A DNA stretch of 64,000 bases from Camelus dromedarius (lineage: Eukaryota), in contig NC_087436.1 in NCBI RefSeq assembly GCF_036321535.1, positions 31,932,001 to 31,996,000 of the forward strand, read 5' to 3'. Each line of letters begins with the position of its first letter. Position 1 is the stretch's first letter. A program made the position numbers and the translations under genes. This document shows, in pieces, positions 1 to 10,592 of the stretch. The notes under the pieces are model-generated. The model worked only from the letters and a program-made list of their open reading frames with translations, was not told where the DNA came from and did not search any database.

Positions 1-304
1 GCATACTACAGGATCTGGATCTGGCCACTTCTGATTGTCCTCACATCTGATCTCTTCTTCCCCAACTCCCTTCTAGTTTGAATTCCTAAGAGTGGAGATT
101 CCCTGTGACTTTATCATTGTTTCTCTTCTCTTGTCCCTACACAATCTCTCCTTGAATAGCACATCCACTTCCGTGTCTCCGATTGCCTTTCAGACAACTC
201 CCCAGCTCTACCCATCTAACAATGATTTCCCACCAGCAGCATAATCCCAAGTGTTCACAGAGTATCTCTCCTTGGATTCTAGCCATTTTCTCAAAGTCAA
301 CCAC

Positions 305-420
305 TGGGCTGACCATGAACTAATTATATTAACTCTCTGGTGTTAGTTTCCTCATCTCTGAAATGAGGGGTCTGTGGATATAATATCTGAGGTCCTTAAC
401 CATCTCTAAATTTCTATGAA
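305..420 (+). mobile_element. MIR-type SINE fragment
   Basis: Core-like 'tgttagtttcctcatctctgaaatgagggg...ctgaggtcc...ctctaaatttctatga' matches recalled MIR/MIR3 consensus; boundaries approximate. Confidence 0.55.
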
Positions 421-469
421 TTTATGAATTATTGACTCTTCTTCACATTCATTGTTTATCCAGGATGTC

Positions 470-1050
470 ATCATTATTCCAGGTATAACTTTGACATATT
501 TCTAGTTTTGTTTGCCTATACTCAATCAGACCAAATTTTATCTTTTTATTTTTTTGGAATGTCTCAAATTTACCCCATGTTTTCCATTCTCCTGTTTACC
601 TTAGTTCTGAACCTAATCAGTTTATACCTGGATTACTTTACATACATTTGAACAGATTTTCCTGTTTCCCATTCCCTTCTTTTTTCAAGCCCTCTCACAC
701 ATCACTTCCAGATTATTCACAGAAATAGCTTATAAAAACTATGTCAGGCCACCTTATGAACCCATGATTCTATATTACCTAGTAAGCAATCCCCATACCC
801 CTAACAAGTTTAAGATCCTCCATAATTTCATATGACCATCTACCCAGCTTTCTCTCTTACACTTACACTCAGCACTTATACTGCAGTGAAGTTAGCATTA
901 TTAATGTCACACAAACATATACAATAATTTCTGCCTCTGAACCTTTATTTATGCTAATTCCTCAAGCCAAAATGTTCTCTCCTCTTCTTTTTTTTTCCAA
1001 ACAAAGATGCCTTCTTTTCAAGGACCAACTAAAATTTCAGCTATTTACAG
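470..1050 (+). mobile_element. Highly decayed L2 LINE 3' region
   Basis: Pyrimidine-rich L2-like motifs (ctgcctctgaacctttatttatgct...cctcaagccaaaatgttctc...ttcaaggaccaactaaaat); recognised by eye only. Confidence 0.45.
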
Positions 1051-1170
1051 CTTTCTCCAACATCTCAAATCTCTGGTGAACTTTCTCTTTTCACCCAAAT
1101 GCCACAGCAATTAAAACTTGATTATGAATGATTGATTATTTTCTCTTTAATTTCTCAAGTTACTGGATTT

Positions 1171-1339
1171 TTAAAACCCTTTTGTGGGGTTGGTATTTCT
1201 TTTTTTTTTAAATTTTTTTGGGGACAATTAGGTTTCTTTATTTTTATTTCTTTATTTTTTAACAGAGGTATTGGGAATTGAACCCAGGACCATGCACAAG
1301 CTAAGCACTCACTCTACCACTGAGCTATACCCTCCCCAC
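1171..1339 (-). mobile_element. tRNA-derived SINE (camelid Vic-1-like) with target-site duplication
   Basis: Minus strand reads ggggagggtatagctcagtggtagag (A box) ... ggttcaattccc (B box), then an A-rich tail; flanked by CAAGTTACTG(G/A)ATTT at 1156-1170 and 1340-1354. Confidence 0.9.
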
Positions 1340-1799
1340 CAAGTTACTGAATTTAAAAAAAAAATCCTCCTACTAAATTACAATATTCTAAAGGCAGGAA
1401 CTATATCTATAACCTTTCTTATAGTCCCCATAGTATTCATTCAGTAAATATTAATCTCTAAATTAATAATGTGTACATCCTAAAAAAAATTAGTACCTAT
1501 GAGAATATGTTCAATTTAACCTTTATTGAGCACTTATTTGTATAAGGCACTGTGATGGACACAAGGGCCTTACAAAACTGAATATATAATTCTTCTCATC
1601 AAGAAGTTCAGAATCTGTTGAACTGGAGTAATACATTCTTCTACATTCAAATTTTTAGACTTAAATCTGGCCTCTCTCTAGAGAAACAGATGAGTTATAT
1701 CTAACTACTTTTAAGATCTCTAATTGGAGGTTTCACAGGTACTCATCTCAAATTTAACTTGTATATTATTTCTTTCTACACCTGTGTCTCCCAATACAA

Positions 1800-4350
1800 T
1801 CCTATAAATTTGTGTGTTATGTAATTTAAAAGCTATGTTATTAGCCCTATTTAAATTAAAAAGTGTTATACTGTCCTGGGTGTTCTTCCTTTTATCATTT
1901 AATTCCTAACGATACTTCATTCCTTAAAAAATATTTTGTTTGATGTTAATATAGAGACTACAGCTGTTTAGGATTTGCCTATTCCATTTTTAGTCCTTTT
2001 ACTTCAAATTATGCTCTTGAGTGTTAGATAGTCCTCTTATATAGAATGTAAAGGTGATTTTTTTCCTCAATCCACTTGAGAATCCTGATCTTTTAACTGG
2101 AGCATTTAGTCCTCTTGTATGTATTATGATTTCTGATATATTTAGAGTTATTTCTTTTTCTTATTTTGGATCTTCCTGCCTTTTTGTTGTTGTTGTTGTT
2201 AAAAAATTCTTTCTGGCCTTCTTTTGGATAAATCACAGTTTTTTCCTACTTCCCATCAGTAATGTTTTGGACAGTATATGCCATACAACTATTCTCTTAG
2301 TTTTAAATTTTAAAAATATTTATACTCAAATTAAAATTAATCAACTGCTCTACCTATTTTTAAACACTATTAAGATCCCTCTAACTTTGATCATCCGTCC
2401 TTCATTTTACATGTAATTGGTGCCCAAATTTTAATTTTCTTTTTATTAACCTGAAATTAGACACAGTAATTTAGTGATTTATTCAATTATATATTTAATT
2501 GTTACATATTTAACAATTTGTTCGCTCATCATTCTTTCTTGCACTTAAATCTTCTGGGTAAAATTTTTCTCTTCCTGAAGTACATCCCTTAGAAATTTTT
2601 TTTTTTTTTAGATTTATTTTATTTTATTTTATTGAAGTATAGTCAGTTTATAATGCGTCAATTTCTGGTGTACAGCATAATGTGTCAGTCATACACATAC
2701 ATACATATATTCCTTTTCATATTCTTTTTCATTATAGGTTACTACAAGATATTGAATATAGTCCCCTGTGTTGTACAGTAGAAACTTGTTCTGGTTTTGT
2801 GAGGATTTCCTTCTATTTCTGATTGTAAGAGATATTCTGTTAAAGTTTAGTAGGTATTCTGTGTGATTTGTTCTGTATGTAGATGTAGTTTTTGCTGTAT
2901 TCATGGAAGAGGGTGAGTACTGTGTCCTTCTACTCTGCCATCTTGGTAATCTCTAGAAATACTTTGTCATTAAGAGTTGATTGTATACATGTGTGTATAT
3001 ACATATGTATGTGTGTTGGTTATTTATATGTCCAGAAATGTTCCTTCTATTCCTCGTGTTCTTTAATGATTATCAGGGTAAGACTTTATAGTTGGCAGTT
3101 ATTTTCTCTTAGCATTTTGAAAATATTATTTTATTGTCTTTTGGCTTCTATCGTTGCTAGCAGTATAATTAATATTTAAAGATAAAGCCTTTTTTCTCTG
3201 GTTACTTTTAATATCTTTTCTCTCTTTTAGTTTTCTTTTCTTGTAATTTCCGCACAATGTGTCTAGCTGTATATTTCTTTCCATTTGGATCCCTTGTGCC
3301 TTCAGAATCTGACAATTCGTAACTTTAACCTATTCTGGAAAATTCTCAGCCATTATTTCTTTCATTATTATGTCTCCCTGATTCTCTCTACTCTCTCTTT
3401 TTGGTATTCCAAATAATTCTTCTCATTCCTCCATATCTTTTACTCTTTTACATATCTTTTTGCTATCTTCAAATCTACTAATTTTCCTTTTATTGTAACT
3501 AATTTTCTACGTAACTAAATTTTTAAATTAAATGACTGTATTTTTTATATTGCTAGAAGTTCTATCTTATTCATTTTTCAAAATGTCCTATTTTTCCTCC
3601 AAGTATCTTATTCTTTTCTTATGGTTTATATTAATTCTTTTATGTCTGTAACCATTTTAAAATGCTTATTTATAGTCTTAAGTCAGTAGTTCTATTATCT
3701 GAAGTTTCTGGGAATTTTAATCTGCTCTTTTATTGTCTCTGTAGATTCTTACTCACAGTGGAGTCCCTCCTCCTCCACATGCGTTTTATAGTTTTTGACT
3801 GAGCTCATCTTCAGTAAGGCATTATCTGTAGGAATCTTGCATGGATTCCATTGAAGATATGTCTCTCCAAAGCAGTTTTTCATTTGCTTCTATTGGGCAA
3901 ATATGTGTTACCACTGGCTTCTTTTTAATGTAGATTTCTAGGCTGAAAGATTCCAAAACCGCTCAGGCAGTGTAAATTCCAAACCAAATCTACATGAGAC
4001 TTTTTTTTTCCTCTACCCAAAACCTAGGCCAAGACAGGCAAGCTTCCTTATCACCTCACAGTGTCCATAGTTGTTTTTATTTTTGTTTTCTTTTACGTAG
4101 GGTGTCACCCTCAATGATCCTGGCTTTCTGCATGGGTCTCTTTTCCATTCCCTGCTTCACTGGCCCTCAAGACTCAACTTTTTGCACCCATGTGGGTTTT
4201 CCTAAGTCATACCAAGACCAGAAATCTCCCTTCAAGTTTGCTAGAATTCAGTGTATGCCTAGCATTTTGGTTTTTCTTCCATGTTCATTTTTAGTTCTTG
4301 GAGATTTACTTTCCATTATTGCAAGCTCATCTATGCATTTAATGTTATTT
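1800..4350 (-). mobile_element. Ancient L1 (L1M-type) fragment, antisense, interrupted by a younger insertion
   Basis: T-rich antisense-L1 motifs such as 'ttctggaaaattctcagccattatttct', 'agttattttctcttagcattttgaaaatattattttattgtcttttggcttcta'; boundaries approximate. Confidence 0.7.
2597..2953 (-). mobile_element. Short bipartite L1: about 160 bp of L1 5' UTR joined directly to about 190 bp of L1 3' end plus poly(A)
   Basis: Minus strand begins gagattaccaagatggcagagtagaaggac (L1 5' head with YY1-type CAAGATGGC); switches at 2790/2791 to a 3' tail homologous to 36105-36260; TAGAAAT repeated at 2590-2596 and 2954-2960. Confidence 0.75.
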
Positions 4351-4768
4351 TTTAGAAGGATTCTCACATTATGTGATCTGCTATGCTACAATCTGAAATT
4401 CAAGCCCACTGTTTTAGATCTGGGGCTTGCCTCTCCACCAACTCTCATGGACTTGGCATTCAGACTGTCCTTTTCTTTTTCTGAAGCAGCCTTACTCAGG
4501 AGTCAAACATTTTTGAATCCCGTTCCCTCTGTTCCTATGCCTGCCCTAACTTTCAGGGATCCTGGCCAGGGCCTGAGCCTCTACCCCTACCTGCTTAGAA
4601 GGGAGTTTCGGCCAACAATAGCCTCTTATCTCCTTGTCATATCAACAGTCTCTTGCCTTTTGGTCCATCCTTAACATTACCTCTAGAATGCCATTTTCTG
4701 AAATTCAGATCTGAATATGTCACACACACCCCCATGTAAAATCCTCTGTACCAAAATAAAGACTGTTC

Positions 4769-4772
<4 letters not shown>

Positions 4773-4799
<27 letters not shown>
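4773..4799 (+). repeat. Pure poly(A) run, 27 nt
   Basis: Directly visible; AATAAA at 4755-4760 just upstream. Confidence 0.95.
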
Positions 4800-4802
<3 letters not shown>

Positions 4803-5360
4803 GGAGGCTATATTATTCAAAAATGTCAGTGTCAAAAGTCAAATAAAGGATGTAGAAATATTCTAGATTAAAGGAGTGAAAGGACATGACAACTAAATGC
4901 AATACTTTATCTTAGACTGGATCCTGTAATGGAAGGAGAAAAACGCTATTAAAAGATGTTACTGCTTCAGTAGACAAAACTGGCATATGAATTCCAGGTT
5001 AGGTAAAAACTATATCAATGTTTAACTTACTAAAGCTGATAACTGTTCTGAAGAGAACCGAAGAGAACATCCCTATTTTTAGGAAGAACACACAGAGGTA
5101 CTTAGAGAGAAAGAGGACCATAATTCAACTTACTCTCAAGTGGTAAAGGAAAACATATTATGTGTGTGTGTCTGTGTATGTGTACACACACATACATGTA
5201 TGTATGTCTAATGAGAAGGAGACAGCTCAAATGAAAAGGCAAATGGGACAAATATTAACAATAAATGAATATACATATATGTGTGTTCCTTATACTATTT
5301 ATACTCACAACTTTTCTGTAAATTTGAAATTATTTACAAATAATTAAAAATAAAACAAAA
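4800..5360 (+). mobile_element. Ancient L1 (L1MC/ME-type) 3' end
   Basis: 'ttctagattaaaggagtgaaaggacatgacaactaaatgcaat...gactggatcctg' and the terminal 'caacttttctgtaaatttgaaattattt' motif. Confidence 0.75.
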
Positions 5361-7057
5361 AGCCCGCCACTGTTTCCCCACTACCTAAGGATGTCCATGA
5401 GACCCTTAGCAGCCTGGTGCCTCTCTTACTGCATCTGCTACCATCACCCCTCTCACACCCCAATAAGCAGCCCAGCATTTCCCAATCCCAGACTCAGATC
5501 ACAGCTCTCTGCCTTCACACATGTAAGTCCCTATGCCTGGGCTTATTATTCAGCTCCTCCCTGCTCAGAAAAATGTTTGTTTCCTCAAGCCCCAGCTCAA
5601 ATTTATCTTTTCTTCCAGGAAGTTCTCTGAAAGATCTTATAGAAAGATTTTAAGCAAAATTAAGATGTTCAGAAAGCTAGAAAGAAAGAAATAATATACT
5701 TTGTTTATAAGAAGAAACATGGAAAATAAAAGATTCTGAGAGAGTCAGCTAATTTCATTTTACAATTCTTTTAACTTCTAAATTTTCTGCATGGTTTAGT
5801 GTACGTAGCTTCAAAGTCATCATGACTCAACATGGAGCTTGTATTTGAAATTTTCTACTATGTTCCAATATGTTATGTTATTACAACATTTTATACATCC
5901 TATAAGATGGCATGCTATACCATAATTACTTCTTTGGGTATTGGTTTCACCAATCACAATGTGGGATAGGAACTTATCTTATTTATCTTTTATATCCCCT
6001 CTAACATTTGGAAAGATGCCTACGATATAGAGGCCTCTAAATAAATTGAACAGTCATTGTGTAAAGCAGCCTAATTACCAAATTTAATCTTAACACGCAT
6101 ATACACACGCCCCGCAAGTTTAACATTGCTATCATCCTAGCAAATAAATAGCAAACACTTAGCAAAAATGTTTTCACTGTATCTACTCCTTCCCATGGGC
6201 AATCTAATAAACAGAATCCACTTTTGTCAGTTCTCACCAGGCAAAACGATGTGTAATGTGTAGGCAATTAAATGGCTATAGGCCTATACACAGTAAAACC
6301 TTTTAACAGCAAAATTTACATAGAGTCAAATCTAGTTATGGTCAGAATTTCAAAATCCCACCAGACTCAAAGCAATTTGTAAGTAACAAAATTCCATTTC
6401 AAGTCTACTTGTCTCTGGTTTCTGAGACTGTTTTAAAAATACTTCTGTCTGTAGGTAAATCAGTTTTTGAACAAACATCAATATCTGTGGTTAGACCTGC
6501 CAGATGCATGGGTGTATTCATCTGCCTCTCTGTTTAGAAATAAGTAATTTTATATCTTGAATTCATAAGGACAGTTATGTTAGCAGATATTTAAATAAGT
6601 ATCATCCATGTACTAGGTTTTCTGGAGAACAGAGAAAAGAGTGCCTTCTAGGATTTAAATTAAAATTTAAAATCACAGTAAATTTATATTTTTATGGTTG
6701 ACAAACCATTTGAAAATGATACAACTTTCCCAAATCTAATTTAAATCTTAGCTAAGGATATCCTAGCATATCAGTTGTTTTCTGGAATTTTAACAAATAT
6801 TGGAAGAGATGGGAAGAGACATTTTCTTTCTTTAAAGGATGAAGTTAAATAACATTAAGAATTTTATTTTTTATAATAATGCTATAGTATTTTGAGTATT
6901 ACTGTGTTTTATTGCAACATGAAGTCTACAGATTCTGATACTCACTTAGGTGTTGCAGACCACAGTCTTTATAAGTAAAAAGTCTCACTCTTATTTCATT
7001 GGATCGCCTCTTCATGTTGCACTTCATAGTGTTTGATTTCTTTTCAGTATAGCTAGT

Positions 7058-7262
7058 CTTTTCACAAGCTAAAAATTAAAGATATGCTGCAACCAGAGTT
7101 CTTGAATTAGAAAGTTCATTGGTTGTATTTGATATAAGATCCTCTGATCTACAATTAGGGACTAATGAAGACATGCTGCTGACTCAAAAAGGTTGAGAAG
7201 CTTGTATTTGATGACCCAGAATAAATCCTAACTCCTTGAGTTCTAATAATAAGCCACAACAC
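7058..7262 (+). repeat. Local direct repeat A, copy 1
   Basis: Aligns by hand to 8149-8350: about 31 substitutions in 202 nt plus one 3-nt gap (about 85% identity). Confidence 0.95.
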
Positions 7263-7409
7263 ATTATTTTCTCTCCCTTTCTTTCACTTCACCTTTGCCC
7301 CACACATGACATGTAACTCAGAACTAGAGACGTCTTTTCTGGAAAAGAAGAGAATTAGAACAAACATAATTGCTGTCGGCAAACACTTGCAGATCTTGGC
7401 TCCAGAGGG

Positions 7410-7620
7410 CAGAACCCATGGGTGGAATTCATAGGGATAACAATACCAACTCAGTGTAAGAACTTTCCAATATTAACAGCTACCACATGATAGAATGCGC
7501 TGCTAAGGGAGAAGCCAACTTCCCATCAGGGTAATTGTTCAAGGAGCAGCAGGTGACCATCTGCGAAGCTGTTGTCAAGGGGATTTCAACACCGGACCAG
7601 ACACTGGTATAGTAGTCCAA
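7410..7620 (+). mobile_element. L3/CR1-type LINE 3' fragment
   Basis: 'ctcagtgtaagaactttccaat...cttcccatcagggtaattgttcaag...tgaccatctg...ggggatt' follows the recalled CR1/L3 3' consensus. Confidence 0.6.
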
Positions 7621-8148
7621 AGTCTAAAACTCTATACTTCTGCAATATTGGAAATTTAATGCTTGACGTATTATTATCATTCGGTCTATTTCCTGCTACT
7701 ATCAAAGTGTTGCCTGACATTTTATCAGCCCAGGTTAAAGTCACTGAAAATGGTCAGTGCACCTGACCTAAGTGTCACTTTCCTGATCCAGAGAGTGAGA
7801 GGATTGATGAAATGATCTCCAGAATTCTGTCTACTTCTAGCCACATTCTGAACCCATAAGGAGAGGGCCATTGTGTATTTACCTCACTAACCCTTTCTGG
7901 GTAACATATAAGAAATTTAATAAATTCATGCTGTTTTTCAAAAACACGTATAACCTTTGGGAATCTAGTCATTTTCACTGATTCAATTTTAGTCATTTTG
8001 ATCGCTTTTGCCAGTGGGAAAGATAATGTCACATAATTAAAATAATAAATAACCTCTCCAATTTGTGTTTGTTACTTTGTGACAAAATCTCCAGCTATAT
8101 TTTGTTAGAAATAAATTAAAAATAGCACATAACTTGCAGCTCCTACAA

Positions 8149-8350
8149 CTTTTCACAATTTAAAAATTGAGGATGTGCTGCAACCAGAGTTCTTGAACTA
8201 CAGAGCTCAATGATTATACTCAATATAAGATCCTCTGATCTGCAATCAGAGACTTATGAGGACATGCTGTTGACTTTAAAAGGTTGAGAAGCTTGTATGT
8301 AATGATGCAGGGTAAATCCTAACTCCCTGAGTTCTAATAAGCCACAGCAC
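8149..8350 (+). repeat. Local direct repeat A, copy 2
   Basis: See copy 1; offset 1091 bp. Confidence 0.95.
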
Positions 8351-8437
8351 TATATCTATATCTATATCTATATCTATATCTATATCTATATCTGTATCTA
8401 TATCTATATCTATATCTATATCTATCTATATCTCTAT
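8351..8437. repeat. (TATATC)n microsatellite
   Basis: About 14 near-perfect hexamer units; source of the RYRYRY artefact in ORF 8334..8555. Confidence 0.95.
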
Positions 8438-8849
8438 CCCCAGAGAATGGATCGTTGGCATTCCTAGGAGATGCACGTCTATACCTGAACAGCAAGTGAT
8501 AGAGTCCAACACCTCCCGTAGAATCCTTAACTCCAATCTGTGGGATTCTTAACACCTAACCTCTGAAATAACTAACACTCCAGAAGGTATTGAAGTTGAA
8601 GCCTTTGGGAACAATGCTACACTAAGCTGTACAGGGGCTGAAACTGCAGCTACTGACGCAAGAACATCCCAGGTAGGAGCATGTGCAGAAACTCCTACAG
8701 AAACACCTCTGTCTCAGGCCAAATGAGTCAAGCCCCTCGATCACTGGGCCAGTAATCACATGCATGCCTGTTGACTTACTTTTTATCAGTTAATACTACA
8801 ATATACGTCCATTATAGTCACCAGTCCTCTAGCACAATCCTCCTGCTCT

Positions 8850-10592
8850 TTGGATGAGCCCTCCACTCCACCTCACTTGTCCAAACCTCCCACGATGCCC
8901 TCCATATGCTGCATATTCAGCAAACTCTCCTATATCATCAACCACCTCTCTAAACAGTCTCTTCACTTTCTTGCTTCAACTAAAACCTGGCTTTTGTCTG
9001 CAGACGCCACTTCTCCCGTGGACCTCTCAAGTGGTGGTTATTTATGTTCTCACACACCAGGTGGAGGAGGAGTTGGTGTTTCATTGTCCCCCATTTGCCA
9101 TTTCCAGACCCTTACTCCTTACACTCTTGTAACCCTCTCCTCTAAGTCAGTGTCACATCCCCTAATGGCACCTCCTTTCTCCCTCCTAGTAAGTTTCATC
9201 TCCAGGCCTCTCATTTACTCTTTGGTGTACTAACAAGGCTCCTGGCAACACCAAATCCAGCCAATGTCTGCAGAAATTTCAAAAGCTAGGGTTGACCCAT
9301 ATGATAATCTAGACTCCAGGCCTTAGTCTCCTCATTTCTAATGACCTTAACTTCCCTTCCTCTCAGCTCCCCACTCTTAGGGTCACACCCTGGATTTTGT
9401 CATCATCTGCAATTGCACCACCCACCAGGCGCTGATTCAAGCAACCTGCTCTCTGACTCCACCAGCCTCTCCTTCAGCTTGTCCTTCCCACTATGATCAC
9501 TCTGTGTCTGAATTTGGATTTTCAGTCAATTGACCCCCTTCACTTTCAACCAGTCCATCAGCCCTCTTCTTTTATGCCCTAGTTTCTTGCCCAGCTAAAA
9601 CCCATGGCCTGCCTGCCATTTCAATGACAATCTTGTCAGTACCCTGAACTCCCTAGCCCACACCCTTCTGGAAGAATCCTAGCTCTGCATCTACCCTTCT
9701 GTCTTTCTCTATTTCTGCACCCAAGCTGCTTTTTTGGAGAAAGTTACACAATGAGGATTGGTGTCACTATGAATTCATGATCACCAAACTCAAAAGAGTT
9801 CCTTAACATTGCCTAGCAAACCTCCTACAGTTCCCTGATCTCACTCTCCATAACTGTCTGAAACTCTGCTCTCTTCAGCCTGTGACACTCACCTCCCACC
9901 ACCCATCCACCTCTCATTACTCTCAGGGAATAGACCAGAATCCCTAATAAGGCCTACAAGTCCTTGCAAGCTCTCGACCCTACTTACGTTTCTAGCTTCA
10001 TCTTATACTTTTGTCAGGTTTTTCTCTCCAGCCATAATAGCCTTCTTTCTGTTTGTAAACTGCATCCCCAACTAACAGAATCTCTGTACGTAGATTATCT
10101 CAGCCTGTAATGTTTTTGCTTAACAGTCTGCTGTTTAATTTCTATTCCTCAAGCGCCATCCAACAGAACTTGCAATGATGCGAATCTTCTAACCTGCACT
10201 GTCCAATATGGTAGGCACTAGCCATGTGTGGCTATTCAGCACTTGATTGTGGTTTGTGTGAATGATAAACTGAATTTTAAAATTTATTTAATTTTAATTA
10301 CTTTGTATTTAAATAATCACACATAGTTAGCACTTATTTTTGTTGGCATAGCTTTAGAGCTTACTCAAGCCAAACTTCCTTAGGGCAGCCTTCTTTAAGT
10401 CCCTATCTGGGTTCAGAGTCCTCTCCCTCATGACCCTTATCCTTCCCTACAGCACCTATCTTGCTTTGTAATTGTGTATTCATTGCATGATTATTTGATT
10501 GTGCCGATATTTGCTCAGCATTGTATCCTGGCATCTAGCACAGCTCCTGGAGCACCATAAATATTTTTCAATGTATGAATGAATAAATGAAC
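8850..10592 (+). mobile_element. L2 LINE retaining the ORF2 endonuclease region and the 3' tail, internally deleted and interrupted by MER3
   Basis: ORF 8850..9233 has APE-like motifs (LHFLASTKTWL resembling LDLLALTETWL; GYLCSHTP..GGGGVGV); downstream 'ggtcacaccctggattttgtcatc' encodes GHTLDFVI; L2 tail 'aaatatttttcaatgtatgaatgaataaatgaa' at 10560-10592. Confidence 0.85.
10152..10357. mobile_element. MER3-like non-autonomous hAT (Charlie) element
   Basis: 'ctgcactgtccaatatggtaggcactagccatgtgtggctattcagcacttga...aactgaatttt' is the recalled MER3/MER33 signature. Confidence 0.8.

Noticed and set aside
1265..1339. tRNA-like A and B boxes (also at 36570, 39365 and 42640)
   Set aside because: SINE heads with A-rich tails or TSDs and no complete cloverleaf; not tRNA genes
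3994..4674. Longest ORF in the track (226 aa)
   Set aside because: Leu/Phe/Ser-rich translation of T-rich decayed repeat DNA; no recognisable domain or exon structure
7200..7245. C/D-box snoRNA-like TGATGA and CTGA in duplicated unit A
   Set aside because: Neither copy has both boxes intact, the spacing is too short and there is no terminal stem
8334..8555. ORF with RYRYRY repeat
   Set aside because: Translation of the (TATATC)n microsatellite
8440..8680. Possible exon between 'ccccag' and 'cag/gtagga'
   Set aside because: Stops in all three plus-strand frames and no homology recognised; a non-coding exon cannot be excluded
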